Part shown: positions 9,077-18,755 of the stretch, one piece after another
How positions within the stretch are numbered: the first letter of the stretch is position 1
Layout: each line of letters starts with the position of its first letter
The notes under the pieces: model-generated
Database searches by the model: none
The model's input: only the letters and a program-made list of their open reading frames with translations
What the model was told of the DNA's origin: nothing
Source: Acidimicrobiia bacterium
GTDB lineage: Bacteria; Actinomycetota; Acidimicrobiia; Acidimicrobiales; JANYDT01
Direction: 5' to 3'
Assembly: GCA_031418035.1 (NCBI GenBank)
Contig: JANOWU010000306.1
Span: forward strand, 1 to 59,494
Length of the DNA stretch: 59,494 nucleotides
Translations under genes and position numbers: made by a program

Positions 9077-10723
9077 ATGAGTGCGACCATTCTCCTACGT
9101 GCACTTACGATTGGCCATGACCCGTTGGTGTTGGCCACCGGCGTCGACCTCACGATTGCGCCCGGTCACGTCATCGGGCTGGTGGGTGCGAATGGTGCCG
9201 GTAAAACGACGCTGCTGCGGATGGTTGCCGGTCTCGTCCCCGTGTCCGTGGGGTCCATCACCTTTGCGCCCCCGCAGGCGCTTGTCGGATATCTCCCCCA
9301 GGAGGTCCAGGGTGCACGCGAAGCGGATGCGAACGAGACGGTGCTCGACTTCGTGGGTCGAAGGACAGGAGTTCGCGATGCCGAACAGGAAATGGACCGT
9401 GCGGCCGACGACCTCGCCCGAGGAACCGCCGGCGCCGACCAACAGTATGCCGACGCACTGGAGCGTTGGTTATCACTCGGCGGCGCCGATCTCGACTCGC
9501 GTTTTGAAGCTGCTCTGTTCGACGTTGGACTGCAAACCGAACCTACCCACCTCGTCAGCGAACTCTCCGGCGGTCAGGCTGCACGTCTCGGACTCGCATG
9601 CCTACTCCTCGCACGGTTCGACGTGTTCTGTCTCGACGAACCGACCAACAACCTCGACGCCGCTGGGCTCGCCATCTTGGAACAGTTCATACGTGCACAG
9701 AGAAATGCTGTCGTGCTCGTAAGCCATGACCGAGCCTTTCTCGAGCGGGTCACCACCGACATCGTGGAGCTCGACCCAATCGAGCGACGCGCCCTGACCT
9801 TCTCCGGAGGATATCGGTCATATCTCGAGGAACGTGAACTCCGTCGACGACATGACCGCGAAGCGTTCGAAGACTACGACGCAACACACGGAGACCTCCT
9901 TGCCAGGGCCAGGACCGTTCGTAACTGGACCTACGAAGGCGTGAAGGCGGCCAAGAAGAAGTCCGACAACGACAAGATCGGAGCGAAGAAGCGCGCGGAG
10001 TCGAGCGAAAAGCAAGCTGCCAAGGCACGGCGACTCGAACGTTCGGCCGAGCGACTTGCCGAGGTTCCCGAGCCCCGGAAGGTGTGGGAGTTGCGCTACG
10101 AGATTGCGGCCGCGGGCCGCAGCGGCGAACTCGTCGCCAGCCTGCGTTCTGCGATCGTCGACCGTGGCGGTTTTCGACTCGGCCCCATCGATTTGGACGT
10201 CCACTGGGCCGACCGCATCGCGATCGCCGGCCCGAACGGCGCAGGCAAGTCCACCCTCCTTGCGTTGTTGCTGGGCGAGCTCGAGCCCACCTCGGGCACC
10301 AGCAAACTCGGGCATTCGGTTGAGATCGGCGTGCTCGATCAGCGTCGCACGCTCTTCGAGACCAACGACTCGTTGATGAAGATCACTGAGCGAGAGCTCC
10401 CAACGATGATGGTTCCCGAACGGCGAACGTTGTTGGCCAAGTTCGGCCTCGGGAGCGACGACGTTGCCCGACCCGCATCGGAGTTGAGTCCGGGTGAACG
10501 GACACGGGCCCAACTTGCGATCTTCCAAGCCCGGGGAGTGAACCTGTTGGTCCTCGACGAGCCGACGAACCACCTCGACCTGCCTGCCATCGAGCAGCTT
10601 GAAGCAGCGCTCGATCGCTACGAAGGAACATTGCTCTTGGTGACACACGATCGTCAGATGCGCGATGCGGTCACGCTCACTCGATTCATCGACGTCGACA
10701 ACGGGCAGGTCAGCGTTCGTTAG
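9077..10723 (+). CDS. ABC-F family ATP-binding protein
   Basis: Two ABC domains (GANGAGKT/LSGGQ/LDEPTNNLD and GPNGAGKS/LSPGE/LDEPTNHLD) with no membrane segments. Confidence 0.93.
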   Translation: MSATILLRALTIGHDPLVLATGVDLTIAPGHVIGLVGANGAGKTTLLRMVAGLVPVSVGSITFAPPQALVGYLPQEVQGAREADANETVLDFVGRRTGVRDAEQEMDRAADDLARGTAGADQQYADALERWLSLGGADLDSRFEAALFDVGLQTEPTHLVSELSGGQAARLGLACLLLARFDVFCLDEPTNNLDAAGLAILEQFIRAQRNAVVLVSHDRAFLERVTTDIVELDPIERRALTFSGGYRSYLEERELRRRHDREAFEDYDATHGDLLARARTVRNWTYEGVKAAKKKSDNDKIGAKKRAESSEKQAAKARRLERSAERLAEVPEPRKVWELRYEIAAAGRSGELVASLRSAIVDRGGFRLGPIDLDVHWADRIAIAGPNGAGKSTLLALLLGELEPTSGTSKLGHSVEIGVLDQRRTLFETNDSLMKITERELPTMMVPERRTLLAKFGLGSDDVARPASELSPGERTRAQLAIFQARGVNLLVLDEPTNHLDLPAIEQLEAALDRYEGTLLLVTHDRQMRDAVTLTRFIDVDNGQVSVR

Positions 10724-10785
10724 CGGTTGCGAACCGTGCACATGGCCGAAACGGCCACGAAACATTGCCGCGGTTACAGTAGTGA

Positions 10786-11568
10786 ATGGCCCCCGTCGCA
10801 TCGAAGCGTCCACAACCTGACCCCGAAGGGCAAGATTCGGTGGTTTCGGGGCCGAGTTGTGTACCGAACGCAGATCTCGTCCAGGCGGCGCAGGCGCGGG
10901 GTTTCGACGCCGACCGGGTCTCGCTCCTCGCAGAGGCTGCCCCGCCGTTGTGGGCCGACGTCTCGATCGAGCAGCAGGTGAGTGACCTTTCGCTGCTCCT
11001 GCGTCCCCTCGGTCCCGCCGAGCTGCGCGTGCGGGTAGAGCCACCCGACGAGGGCTCCTCGGAATGGCAGGTCACGGTCGTTGCCGCCGACCGACTCGGT
11101 TTGCTGGCGATCACCACATCGCTGCTGTCGTCGTTCGACCTCACCGTCACCCGTGCCCGCGTGGGCACCTGGCCCGACGGCCACGCCCTCCAGCATCTTT
11201 GGGTCCTCCCCAATCTGGCCACGTCGGTCGAACCTCAATGGGCGCTTATCGGCCAGTCGCTCCAATACTCGCTGGAGCACGAGGCACTGCGGCCGAGTGG
11301 CGACGTGGTGTTCTCCGCCGACTGGGTCAGTGAGGTTCGACTCCTCAGCTCTTCCGGTGAGGGAACCGCCAAACTCGATCGTTTCCTAGTGGTGTTGAGT
11401 ACCGAGGATCGAAAGGGCGTGCTCTCGGCGATATCCGCACGCTTTGCTGACCTCGGCATGAACGTCATCTCGGCCGAGGTGAAGACCGTCGACGGCGTTG
11501 TTCGTGACGTCTTTGTCGTCGACGTCGCGGGCTCGTCGAGCAACGTCGCCGAACTCCTCGCTGCGTAA
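10786..11568 (+). CDS. Tandem ACT-domain protein (GlnD C-terminal-like)
   Basis: ADRLGLLA and EDRKGVLSAI...VRDVFVV ACT motifs. A TACAGT -10 box 5 nt before the ATG indicates a leaderless start. Confidence 0.75.
   Translation: MAPVASKRPQPDPEGQDSVVSGPSCVPNADLVQAAQARGFDADRVSLLAEAAPPLWADVSIEQQVSDLSLLLRPLGPAELRVRVEPPDEGSSEWQVTVVAADRLGLLAITTSLLSSFDLTVTRARVGTWPDGHALQHLWVLPNLATSVEPQWALIGQSLQYSLEHEALRPSGDVVFSADWVSEVRLLSSSGEGTAKLDRFLVVLSTEDRKGVLSAISARFADLGMNVISAEVKTVDGVVRDVFVVDVAGSSSNVAELLAA
10811..10861 (+). repeat. Palindromic REP-like element family A, copy 3 (inside the ACT gene 5' end)
   Basis: Same 17-17-17 architecture and identical arms as 865-915. Confidence 0.9.
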
Positions 11569-11691
11569 CCAAGGCGCGCCGCTGCGTCAGGACTGCTGCG
11601 CCGAAACGACGTCCAACAGGCGATCCAGTTCGTCGGCCGCACGCCGACCTTTTGGTTTATCAGGACGAGCGTTTCAGACCAGACTGTATTC

Positions 11692-12507
11692 ATGCCCTTC
11701 GTCCTTACCGTTAGCGGAAGTCTTCGCAAGGATTCGTTTCACACGCGGTTGTTGTCGATCAGCGAGGCCGAACTGCAGCGCCTTGGTGTCGACACCCAGC
11801 GGGTCGATCTGCGAGAGCTGCCCCGTTTCGACGAGGACTTCGATACCGACGAGTTCCGCCCCGGTGCGGTCGCGGCGCTCCTGGCAAAGGTTTCGTCGGC
11901 CGACGCCATCCTCATCGCAACGCCGACCTACAACGGATCCCTCCCCAGCGGCGTCAAAGACTTCCTCGACTGGTGCAGTCGACCGCTTGGTTCCGGGGCA
12001 TTGCGAGGACGCAAGTTCGGACTCATTGCCGCATCGCCGGGTCCACGTGGGGGCGCTCCGGGGCTCGAGTACCTCCAACGCATCCTTCCCGCGCTCGGGT
12101 CGACGCTCCTCAAGCCCATCGTCTCCGTGCCTGCAGTACAAAGCGCGTTCGACCCCGAAGGCGTCGTCAGCGCCGAGGTCTCGAGTCAGCTACTCGACAT
12201 TGCGCGATGCGTTGCACTCGCGGCGAAGGGTGCCCAGGTCATCGACGAACCGAGCAGCCAGCGGTACGAACTTCGCCTCGGGCCCGACGGTACCGTCGTC
12301 GGCTTCGCCGACTACCGAATTATCGGTGACTACGTCGAACTGCCGCACACGGTCACCCAGCCCGAGTTCGGTGGCCAGGGCATCGCATCCGCGTTGATTC
12401 GTGATGTGCTCGATCAGATTCGGGCGCAGGACCGCCGCGTGATTCCCTCGTGTGAGTTCGTCGCGCGGTTCATCGAAAAGAACCCCGAATACCAGACGAT
12501 GCTCTGA
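11692..12507 (+). CDS. NADPH-dependent FMN reductase fused to a small GNAT (YjdJ-like) domain
   Basis: SGSLRKDS and ATPTYNGSLPSGVKDFLDW motifs, then HTVTQPEFGGQGIAS...VIPSCEFV. Confidence 0.88.
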   Translation: MPFVLTVSGSLRKDSFHTRLLSISEAELQRLGVDTQRVDLRELPRFDEDFDTDEFRPGAVAALLAKVSSADAILIATPTYNGSLPSGVKDFLDWCSRPLGSGALRGRKFGLIAASPGPRGGAPGLEYLQRILPALGSTLLKPIVSVPAVQSAFDPEGVVSAEVSSQLLDIARCVALAAKGAQVIDEPSSQRYELRLGPDGTVVGFADYRIIGDYVELPHTVTQPEFGGQGIASALIRDVLDQIRAQDRRVIPSCEFVARFIEKNPEYQTML

Positions 12508-12621
12508 CGTCGCAGCATCAGAGCGTCCGGAACAAGGGGGCGCACCATGATCCCGCCGAAGTGCGCTGCCTCTTGGTAGAGCACGTCACCAGATGGGGCG
12601 CTGGCGTCGTACAGTTTCGGT

Positions 12622-13359
12622 ATGGTCACCCCGACGCGAACCATTGATCTCAATGCCGACCTCGGCGAATCGTACGGAAACTGGCGTATGGGCGACGACG
12701 TCGCAATGCTCGAGATCGTTTCCAGCGCCAACATCGCATGCGGATTTCACGCCGGCGATGCGAAGACCATTCGTGAAACCGTGTGCAAGGCGGCCGATCG
12801 CGGGGTAACCATAGGCGCGCATGTGAGTTATCTCGACCTGGCCGGATTCGGGAGGCGCACCATCGACATAGAAGCAGACGCGCTCGAAGCCGACGTGCTG
12901 TATCAACTGGCCGCACTCGACGGAATCTGTCGAAGCGCCGGCACCAAGGTCCGCTACGTCAAAGCGCACGGGGCGCTATATCACCGCATGAACAGCGACC
13001 ATGTTCAAGCGAGTGCGGTGGTACGCGCAGTCCAGTCCTACGACGCAACGCTTCCCTTCCTGGGTGCACCCTCGCTTGCCACGGCCAACGTCGCCGACGC
13101 AGCACGCGCCACCGTTCATGGTGAGGGTTTCGCCGATCGCGTCTACAACGAAGACGGGATGACGCTCATGCCGCGAACCCAACCTGGCTCGGTGCTGCAT
13201 GATCACGACGAAGTTGCAGCGCAGGCGGTGCGACTCGCCGAGAGCGGACGTTTTCGATCGATCTGCTTGCACGGAGACACGCCCGGCGCGGTTGCTCACG
13301 GTCTCGCCACGCGTGAAGCGTTGTGTGCGGCTGGCTTCACGATTCAGCCCTTCGCCTGA
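12622..13359 (+). CDS. pxpA: 5-oxoprolinase subunit A (LamB/YcsF)
   Basis: IDLNADLGES, ANIACGFHAGD, YVKAHGALY and SICLHGDTPGA motifs. Confidence 0.95.
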   Translation: MVTPTRTIDLNADLGESYGNWRMGDDVAMLEIVSSANIACGFHAGDAKTIRETVCKAADRGVTIGAHVSYLDLAGFGRRTIDIEADALEADVLYQLAALDGICRSAGTKVRYVKAHGALYHRMNSDHVQASAVVRAVQSYDATLPFLGAPSLATANVADAARATVHGEGFADRVYNEDGMTLMPRTQPGSVLHDHDEVAAQAVRLAESGRFRSICLHGDTPGAVAHGLATREALCAAGFTIQPFA

Positions 13360-13372
13360 TTCGCTCGTCGTC

Positions 13373-13990
13373 ATGGCACCTTGCAGCTGGCGTCGCTACG
13401 GCGAGATCGGGGTCTTGCTGGAGTTTGCCAAAAGCGAGGAGGTTCTGTCTGCGTATCGCTATCTCCGCGCAGCACCGGCCTTCGACGAGTGTGTCCCCGG
13501 TGCCACAACGATCTACATCGAATCGAATGACCGCTCGATCGCAGAGCTCCTGTCACTTGTCGAATCGGTGTTGAGTTCTCCCGCCGCTCTTCCGTCAACC
13601 AGCAGTGCAATACGTACACATATCATCGACGTACGCTACGACGGAATCGACCTCGACGATGTTGCGACACTCACCGGTATGTCCGTCGACGAGGTGATCG
13701 CCCGCCATAGCGGCGGGCGGTACACCGTTGCCTTTCTGGGCTTCTCGCGCGGCTTTGCCTATCTCGAGGGTCTGGACCCGCAGATCGTCGTGCCTCGCCT
13801 TTCGTCGCCTCGAACGTCGGTGCCCGCGGGCTCCGTGGCGATGGGTGCCGGCTACACGGGGATCTATCCGATGTCGTCGCCGGGCGGGTGGCGACTCCTC
13901 GGCACGACGGAGTTCGAAATGTTCGATCCCACGTTGGACCCGCCCAATGCACTCATGACCGGCGACCAGGTACGGTTCAATGCCCTCTGA
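13373..13990 (+). CDS. pxpB: 5-oxoprolinase subunit B (KipI/allophanate hydrolase 1)
   Basis: YTVAFLGFSRGFAYL, PRTSVPAGSV and GIYPMSSPGGWRLLG motifs. Confidence 0.92.
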   Translation: MAPCSWRRYGEIGVLLEFAKSEEVLSAYRYLRAAPAFDECVPGATTIYIESNDRSIAELLSLVESVLSSPAALPSTSSAIRTHIIDVRYDGIDLDDVATLTGMSVDEVIARHSGGRYTVAFLGFSRGFAYLEGLDPQIVVPRLSSPRTSVPAGSVAMGAGYTGIYPMSSPGGWRLLGTTEFEMFDPTLDPPNALMTGDQVRFNAL

Positions 13991-14885
13991 ACAGCTCAAC
14001 ACCTCCGACGGCGCATCACTTCGGGTTGTGAGATCGGGCCCATTCACGACGGTCCAAGACATCGGCCGCGCCGGACGCGGGAACCAAGGTGTCGCACGTT
14101 CCGGCGCGTTCGACCGGACGTCGTTTCGCCTCGCCAACCGATTGGTCGGAAATCTCGAATCGGCAGCCGTGCTGGAGATTCTCCTCGGGCCAGTCGAGTT
14201 CGAAGCCGTCACCAGCATCGTCATCGCCGCGACCGGCACGAACGCCTCAGTAGATGTGATCGGCATTGATGGGCGCGTGCGACGTGAGCCGACCGACGCT
14301 GCAGTGGCCGTCCGCGCGGGAGACCGAGTGCTCATCGGGCCACCCACGAAAGGACTGCGCACATATCTTTCCTTCCGCGGAGGACTCGAGCACCAATCGA
14401 TGTTGGGAAGTTGCTCGTTCGACTCGTTGGGCAAGATCGGGCCGCGACCGATCGCTGATGGCGACGATCTTCATATCGGACAGAGTGCCCCCACGGAGCC
14501 ATGGTACGAATCGCTTCCGGTTCGACCGATCGGGGAACCAGTTCTCCTGCCGTTACGTCTCGGGCCTCGCGAAGACTGGCTGCTGACCGATGCCCCCGGC
14601 GAAGTCCTCTCGCGTGCCACGTGGACGGTCGACGCCGCGAGCAATAGAACCGGCATCCGGCTCGACGGCACTCCGCTCAACCGTCGCCCGGGAGACTTGG
14701 CCAGCGAGGCCATGATTCCGGGGGCCGTACAGGTTCCACCGAATGGCCTGCCGATCGTTCTTGGTCCCGACGGCGGCACGACAGGCGGATACCCGGTGGT
14801 CGGTGTCGTCACCCGCCGCGGGCTCGACGTCCTCGCCCAGTGTCGACCCGGCCAACACGTGCGGTTTCACATTCTTCGTTCGTGA
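13980..14885 (+). CDS. pxpC: 5-oxoprolinase subunit C (KipA/allophanate hydrolase 2)
   Basis: TTVQDIGR, ANRLVGN, SNRTGIRL and GAVQVPPNG...TTGGYPV motifs. Confidence 0.92.
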   Translation: MPSEQLNTSDGASLRVVRSGPFTTVQDIGRAGRGNQGVARSGAFDRTSFRLANRLVGNLESAAVLEILLGPVEFEAVTSIVIAATGTNASVDVIGIDGRVRREPTDAAVAVRAGDRVLIGPPTKGLRTYLSFRGGLEHQSMLGSCSFDSLGKIGPRPIADGDDLHIGQSAPTEPWYESLPVRPIGEPVLLPLRLGPREDWLLTDAPGEVLSRATWTVDAASNRTGIRLDGTPLNRRPGDLASEAMIPGAVQVPPNGLPIVLGPDGGTTGGYPVVGVVTRRGLDVLAQCRPGQHVRFHILRS

Positions 14886-16411
14886 TTGGTCGTGCGCCAC
14901 TAGCCTTTTCGTGTGATCCGCACACATTGGTCGATTGGACGAAGCAGGACATCGAGGTGATCTCGATCGCACCGTCGACCGACGCCGCGCTGATCCACCA
15001 ACTCGTCCATCGGGCCTGGACCGGAACGGTTGACCCTCGGTCGAGTGGACACCGCTTCAGCCTCGAGGATGCCACAAGCCTCCTGTCGGATGGGGTCGCT
15101 CTCGTCGCGCAGAACCAGAGTGGGGAGCCCGTCGGCTCGGTCGTCCTCGTGCCCGATGCGCACGCGAGCGTTGAGCTCATGAAGCTGGCGGTACCGAGCA
15201 ATCGGGAGCAGGGCGTTGGAACGGCCCTTCTGGATGCGGCAGCGCAGTGGGCGCGCGAGCGCGGAGCCACGGAGATCGTTCTCGCGGTGTCTGCATATGA
15301 GCCCCATCTCACCGGTTACTATGCGCGCAGAGGTTATCGGGTTCAGCCGAACCGTACGTACGGGCACGCTCATCCCTCCTCACCCCAGCCCATCGTCATG
15401 ACACTCGATCTCCTCGCGGAGAAAACAGCGGGCCCGGTGGGCGACGCGGCCCGTGCACTTCAGGCAGGGCACCTGGTCGTGATACCGACGGAAACGGTTT
15501 ACGGACTCGGTGCCCTTGCGTCGGATCCGGTCGCCGTGCGTCGGGTCTTCGCCACCAAAGGCCGCCCGGTGGACCACCCGCTCATTGTTCACGTGTCGAG
15601 CGCCGCCGTCATCGACCGTTGGGCGATCAACATCCCCGACGTGGCCTACGACCTCGCCGCGGCATTCTGGCCCGGGCCACTCACCCTCGTGCTCACCAAA
15701 CACCATGATGTGCCCACGGAGGTCACCGGTGGCCTACCCACGGTCGCGCTGCGGGTTCCGGCCCATCCTGTCGCATTGGCGGTGTTGGGGCTCCTCCCGA
15801 AGGGCTCCGGAATTGCTGCTCCTTCGGCGAACCGATTCGGCAAGGTGAGCCCCACGTCTGCGGCCGACGCCCGTGAACTCCTTCCGTTCATGATCGAAGG
15901 CGATCTTGTTCTCGACGGTGGACCGAGCCGCATCGGCGTCGAGTCGACGATTCTCGATCTCACGTCCGACGTCGCCACCATCTTGCGTCCGGGGGGAATC
16001 TCTGCCGAGCAGATCGAGGCGGTTCTCGGCCACGCCGTAAAACGCATCGCGGACGGGCCTTCACGAGCGCCGGGGATGCTGCCCGCACACTATGCACCGC
16101 AGGCCGGTGTGCGACTCAGCAGTGGCGAACAGGCCGAAGCACTTGCTGTCGAGCTGCACGCGTCCGGGGCACAGGTCGGGCTGCTGGCTCCGCACACCAC
16201 GGTGACACCCGAGGGCGTGACCCGGCTTGCGTCGCCAACCACCTACAACGGCGACGGGCTGGCGCCAATCCTCTACGCGCGCTTACGAGAAGCCGACGCG
16301 CTTGGACTCGATGTTCTCGTTGTCGTGGTTCCGGACGAACTGGGGCTCGGATGGGCCGTAGCGGACCGGCTACGCCGAGCAGCCCATGGGAGCAGCGCGA
16401 AGAACGATTAA
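14882..16411 (+). CDS. sua5: GNAT acetyltransferase fused to Sua5/TsaC threonylcarbamoyl-AMP synthase
   Basis: N-terminal REQGVGTALL...YYARRGY GNAT, then PTETVYGL, KGRP, SANRFG and APGMLPAHYAP. The GTG start overlaps the pxpC stop; exact start uncertain. Confidence 0.88.
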   Translation: MIGRAPLAFSCDPHTLVDWTKQDIEVISIAPSTDAALIHQLVHRAWTGTVDPRSSGHRFSLEDATSLLSDGVALVAQNQSGEPVGSVVLVPDAHASVELMKLAVPSNREQGVGTALLDAAAQWARERGATEIVLAVSAYEPHLTGYYARRGYRVQPNRTYGHAHPSSPQPIVMTLDLLAEKTAGPVGDAARALQAGHLVVIPTETVYGLGALASDPVAVRRVFATKGRPVDHPLIVHVSSAAVIDRWAINIPDVAYDLAAAFWPGPLTLVLTKHHDVPTEVTGGLPTVALRVPAHPVALAVLGLLPKGSGIAAPSANRFGKVSPTSAADARELLPFMIEGDLVLDGGPSRIGVESTILDLTSDVATILRPGGISAEQIEAVLGHAVKRIADGPSRAPGMLPAHYAPQAGVRLSSGEQAEALAVELHASGAQVGLLAPHTTVTPEGVTRLASPTTYNGDGLAPILYARLREADALGLDVLVVVVPDELGLGWAVADRLRRAAHGSSAKND

Positions 16412-16511
16412 CAGGGTTTTCGAAAAACCTCCCTTCCGACCGCCACGCACCTTTTTTGACAAGTCAACATGTGGTTGGCAAACGGTCGCAAAGTTGGATT
16501 TCCATCACCCG
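16412..16511. mobile_element. ~100-bp MITE-like element family B, copy 2
   Basis: CAGGGTTTTCGAAAAACCTCCCTTCCGACC...CATCACCCG fills the whole gap between the sua5 and nusB stop codons. Confidence 0.8.
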
Positions 16512-16919
16512 TTAGCGACCGAGGTGATCGGCGATCGACGTCAACATGCCGTTGACGAACTTGCCTGACTCCTCGGTCGAGAAGGTCTTCGCCAACTCCA
16601 CCGCTTCGTCGATGACGACGGCGCGCGGAGTATCGCGGTGGTGATCGAGTTCCTCGATAGCGATGCACAGCACGAGGCGGTCGATCACGGGCATGCGCTC
16701 CGGTGGCCAATCGGGCCGAGCGAACTGTCGGAGCAGTTCGATGGACTCTTCGTAGTGTTCGTCGACGCCGAGGGCAAGCGCTACGGCAAAAGGATCGGGT
16801 TGCAGAGGAAGCGCGGACAGAATCGTGCTGATCCGCGCCTCCTTGCATTCCGCTTCGTAAATAAGTTCGAGCGCTCGTTCACGAGCGTCGCTGCGAGACG
16901 TCGGTGGAGATTGGCTCAC
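16512..16919 (-). CDS. nusB: Transcription antitermination factor NusB
   Basis: ARERALELIYEAE, VIDEAVELAK and GKFVNGML motifs. Follows efp. Confidence 0.96.
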   Translation of the reverse strand: MSQSPPTSRSDARERALELIYEAECKEARISTILSALPLQPDPFAVALALGVDEHYEESIELLRQFARPDWPPERMPVIDRLVLCIAIEELDHHRDTPRAVVIDEAVELAKTFSTEESGKFVNGMLTSIADHLGR

Positions 16920-17479
16920 ACGCGTGTCAGGTAATCACCCGAGCGGGTGTCTACCTTCACCTTGTCGCCCTGATTGACGAACAACGGCACCTGGATCACG
17001 AGTCCGGTCTCCAGCGTCGCTGGCTTCTTTGCCCCGGAGACGCGGTCACCCTGAATCCCCGGGTCACATTGCGTGATCACAAGTTCAACGGCGGCCGGAA
17101 GTTCCACGCCGACGATTTCGTCGCCGAAGAACTTCATGTTCGCGTTGTCGTTTTCCTTCAGGTAGTTGATGGCATCACCCAATTGGGTAGGCGTCACCTC
17201 GAGCTGCTCATAGGAACTGTTGTCCATGAACACGAAGTCGTCGCCGGACTTGTAGAGGTACTGCATCTCGCGTTGTTCGATGAACGCTTGTTCCATCTTT
17301 TCGCCGGCGTTGTACGTTCGGTCGATCACCGCACCGGTACGAATGTTGCGCATCTTGGTACGAACGAACGCGCCACCCTTTCCTGGCTTGACGTGCTGGA
17401 AATCGATGATCGTCATGAGCCCCTCGGGGATATCGAGGGTGATGCCATTTTTGAAGTCGGACGTGGACACAGGAGGCAT
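16916..17479 (-). CDS. efp: Elongation factor P
   Basis: HVKPGKGGAFVRTK and KPATLETG...VPLFV motifs. Confidence 0.99.
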   Translation of the reverse strand: MPPVSTSDFKNGITLDIPEGLMTIIDFQHVKPGKGGAFVRTKMRNIRTGAVIDRTYNAGEKMEQAFIEQREMQYLYKSGDDFVFMDNSSYEQLEVTPTQLGDAINYLKENDNANMKFFGDEIVGVELPAAVELVITQCDPGIQGDRVSGAKKPATLETGLVIQVPLFVNQGDKVKVDTRSGDYLTRV

Positions 17480-17579
17480 AGAGACCTTGAAACCTTTTCG
17501 TACGCGCCAATGGCTGACACCAACGGCAATTCGAGCCTGGAAAGTCTACCCGCCCGACCGGGCCCTCCTTCAACTGAGT

Positions 17580-18755
17580 TCAGGCGACGAGTTCGTACGG
17601 CAAACGCGTCAGCATGAGCGGGCCGTCCGGGGTCACCACCATCGAGTCCTCGATACGAACTCCGGCAACCCCGGGGATGTAGACGCCGGGCTCCACCGTG
17701 GTGATGTCGCCATCGGCCAAAACGCTCGTCGAGGTCCGGCCGAGAAAGGGCTCCTCGTGAATCTGCAGCCCGCTGCCGTGGCCGAGGCCCGTGGTGAAGT
17801 ACTCATTCCAGCCGAACTCACCGAGCACCTCGCGACACTTTGTGTCGACGTCGACTCCGGCCACGCCAGGGGCAACCATCTTGACGCCCGCAGACTGCGT
17901 TTGGCGCACGGCGTCGAGATGTCGACGCTGGTTGGTCGAGGGTTCCCCGACCGACACGGTGCGGGTGGTGTCGGAGTGGTAGCCATCGACAAGGGCCCCG
18001 AAGTCGCAGATGACCAAGTCACCCTTCTCGATGGTACGGCTGCCGGGTTCGTGGTGCGGCCGACTCCCGTTCGGCCCGCTGGCAATAATCGACGCAAAGC
18101 TCAAACCGTCCGCCCCCAGGTCGCGCATCGTCTGCTCGAGCATGGCCGCGAAGGTTCGCTCCGTCGGCCGCTCACCGAGTCGGGGCCACACTGCCTCGAA
18201 CGCTCGATCAGCAATCACGCTTGCGCGCGCCAGACGCTGTAGCTCCGCAGCCGTCTTGGTTCGCCGGAGGTTTTCGATCACATCCTTCGTGGGCACCAAC
18301 TGCGCTTCGAAGACTTCGTCGTAGCTGCTGAGCTCCGCCCACGTGATGTGCGTGGACTCGAGGCCCAGCCTGACGGTGCCAGCGCCTCGCAACTCTGATG
18401 CGATGAACTCGTTCTGGGCTCGCACCGATAGCTCGACCTGGATCTGGGCGTCGCAATGGGCATCGCGTAACTCGTCGGCAGCACGTTCGCCGTACCGACC
18501 ATCGGTGACCAGGATCATCCGATCGGTAAACAACAACACTTTCGCCGCCGATCCGGCGAAACCCGTAAGCGCACGGATGTTCAACAGATTGGTGACCAGG
18601 AGTGCGTCACAGCCTTCGGGTTTCGCGGCTTCGCCGAGTAGGGCACGACGCGCGGCGACGACCCGTTCGCTCACATCCAGTTGATCGATGGCGACGTCGA
18701 ACGCGTGTCCTTTGGCGACCGCTTCGGCGACCGGCAAAGAAGTAGGCGCGCTCAT
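17580..18755 (-). CDS. pepQ: Xaa-Pro dipeptidase / aminopeptidase P (M24)
   Basis: DFGALVDGYHSDTTRT, GHGSGLQIHE, TVEPGVY and GVRIED motifs. ATG overlaps the aroQ stop. Confidence 0.92.
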   Translation of the reverse strand: MSAPTSLPVAEAVAKGHAFDVAIDQLDVSERVVAARRALLGEAAKPEGCDALLVTNLLNIRALTGFAGSAAKVLLFTDRMILVTDGRYGERAADELRDAHCDAQIQVELSVRAQNEFIASELRGAGTVRLGLESTHITWAELSSYDEVFEAQLVPTKDVIENLRRTKTAAELQRLARASVIADRAFEAVWPRLGERPTERTFAAMLEQTMRDLGADGLSFASIIASGPNGSRPHHEPGSRTIEKGDLVICDFGALVDGYHSDTTRTVSVGEPSTNQRRHLDAVRQTQSAGVKMVAPGVAGVDVDTKCREVLGEFGWNEYFTTGLGHGSGLQIHEEPFLGRTSTSVLADGDITTVEPGVYIPGVAGVRIEDSMVVTPDGPLMLTRLPYELVA

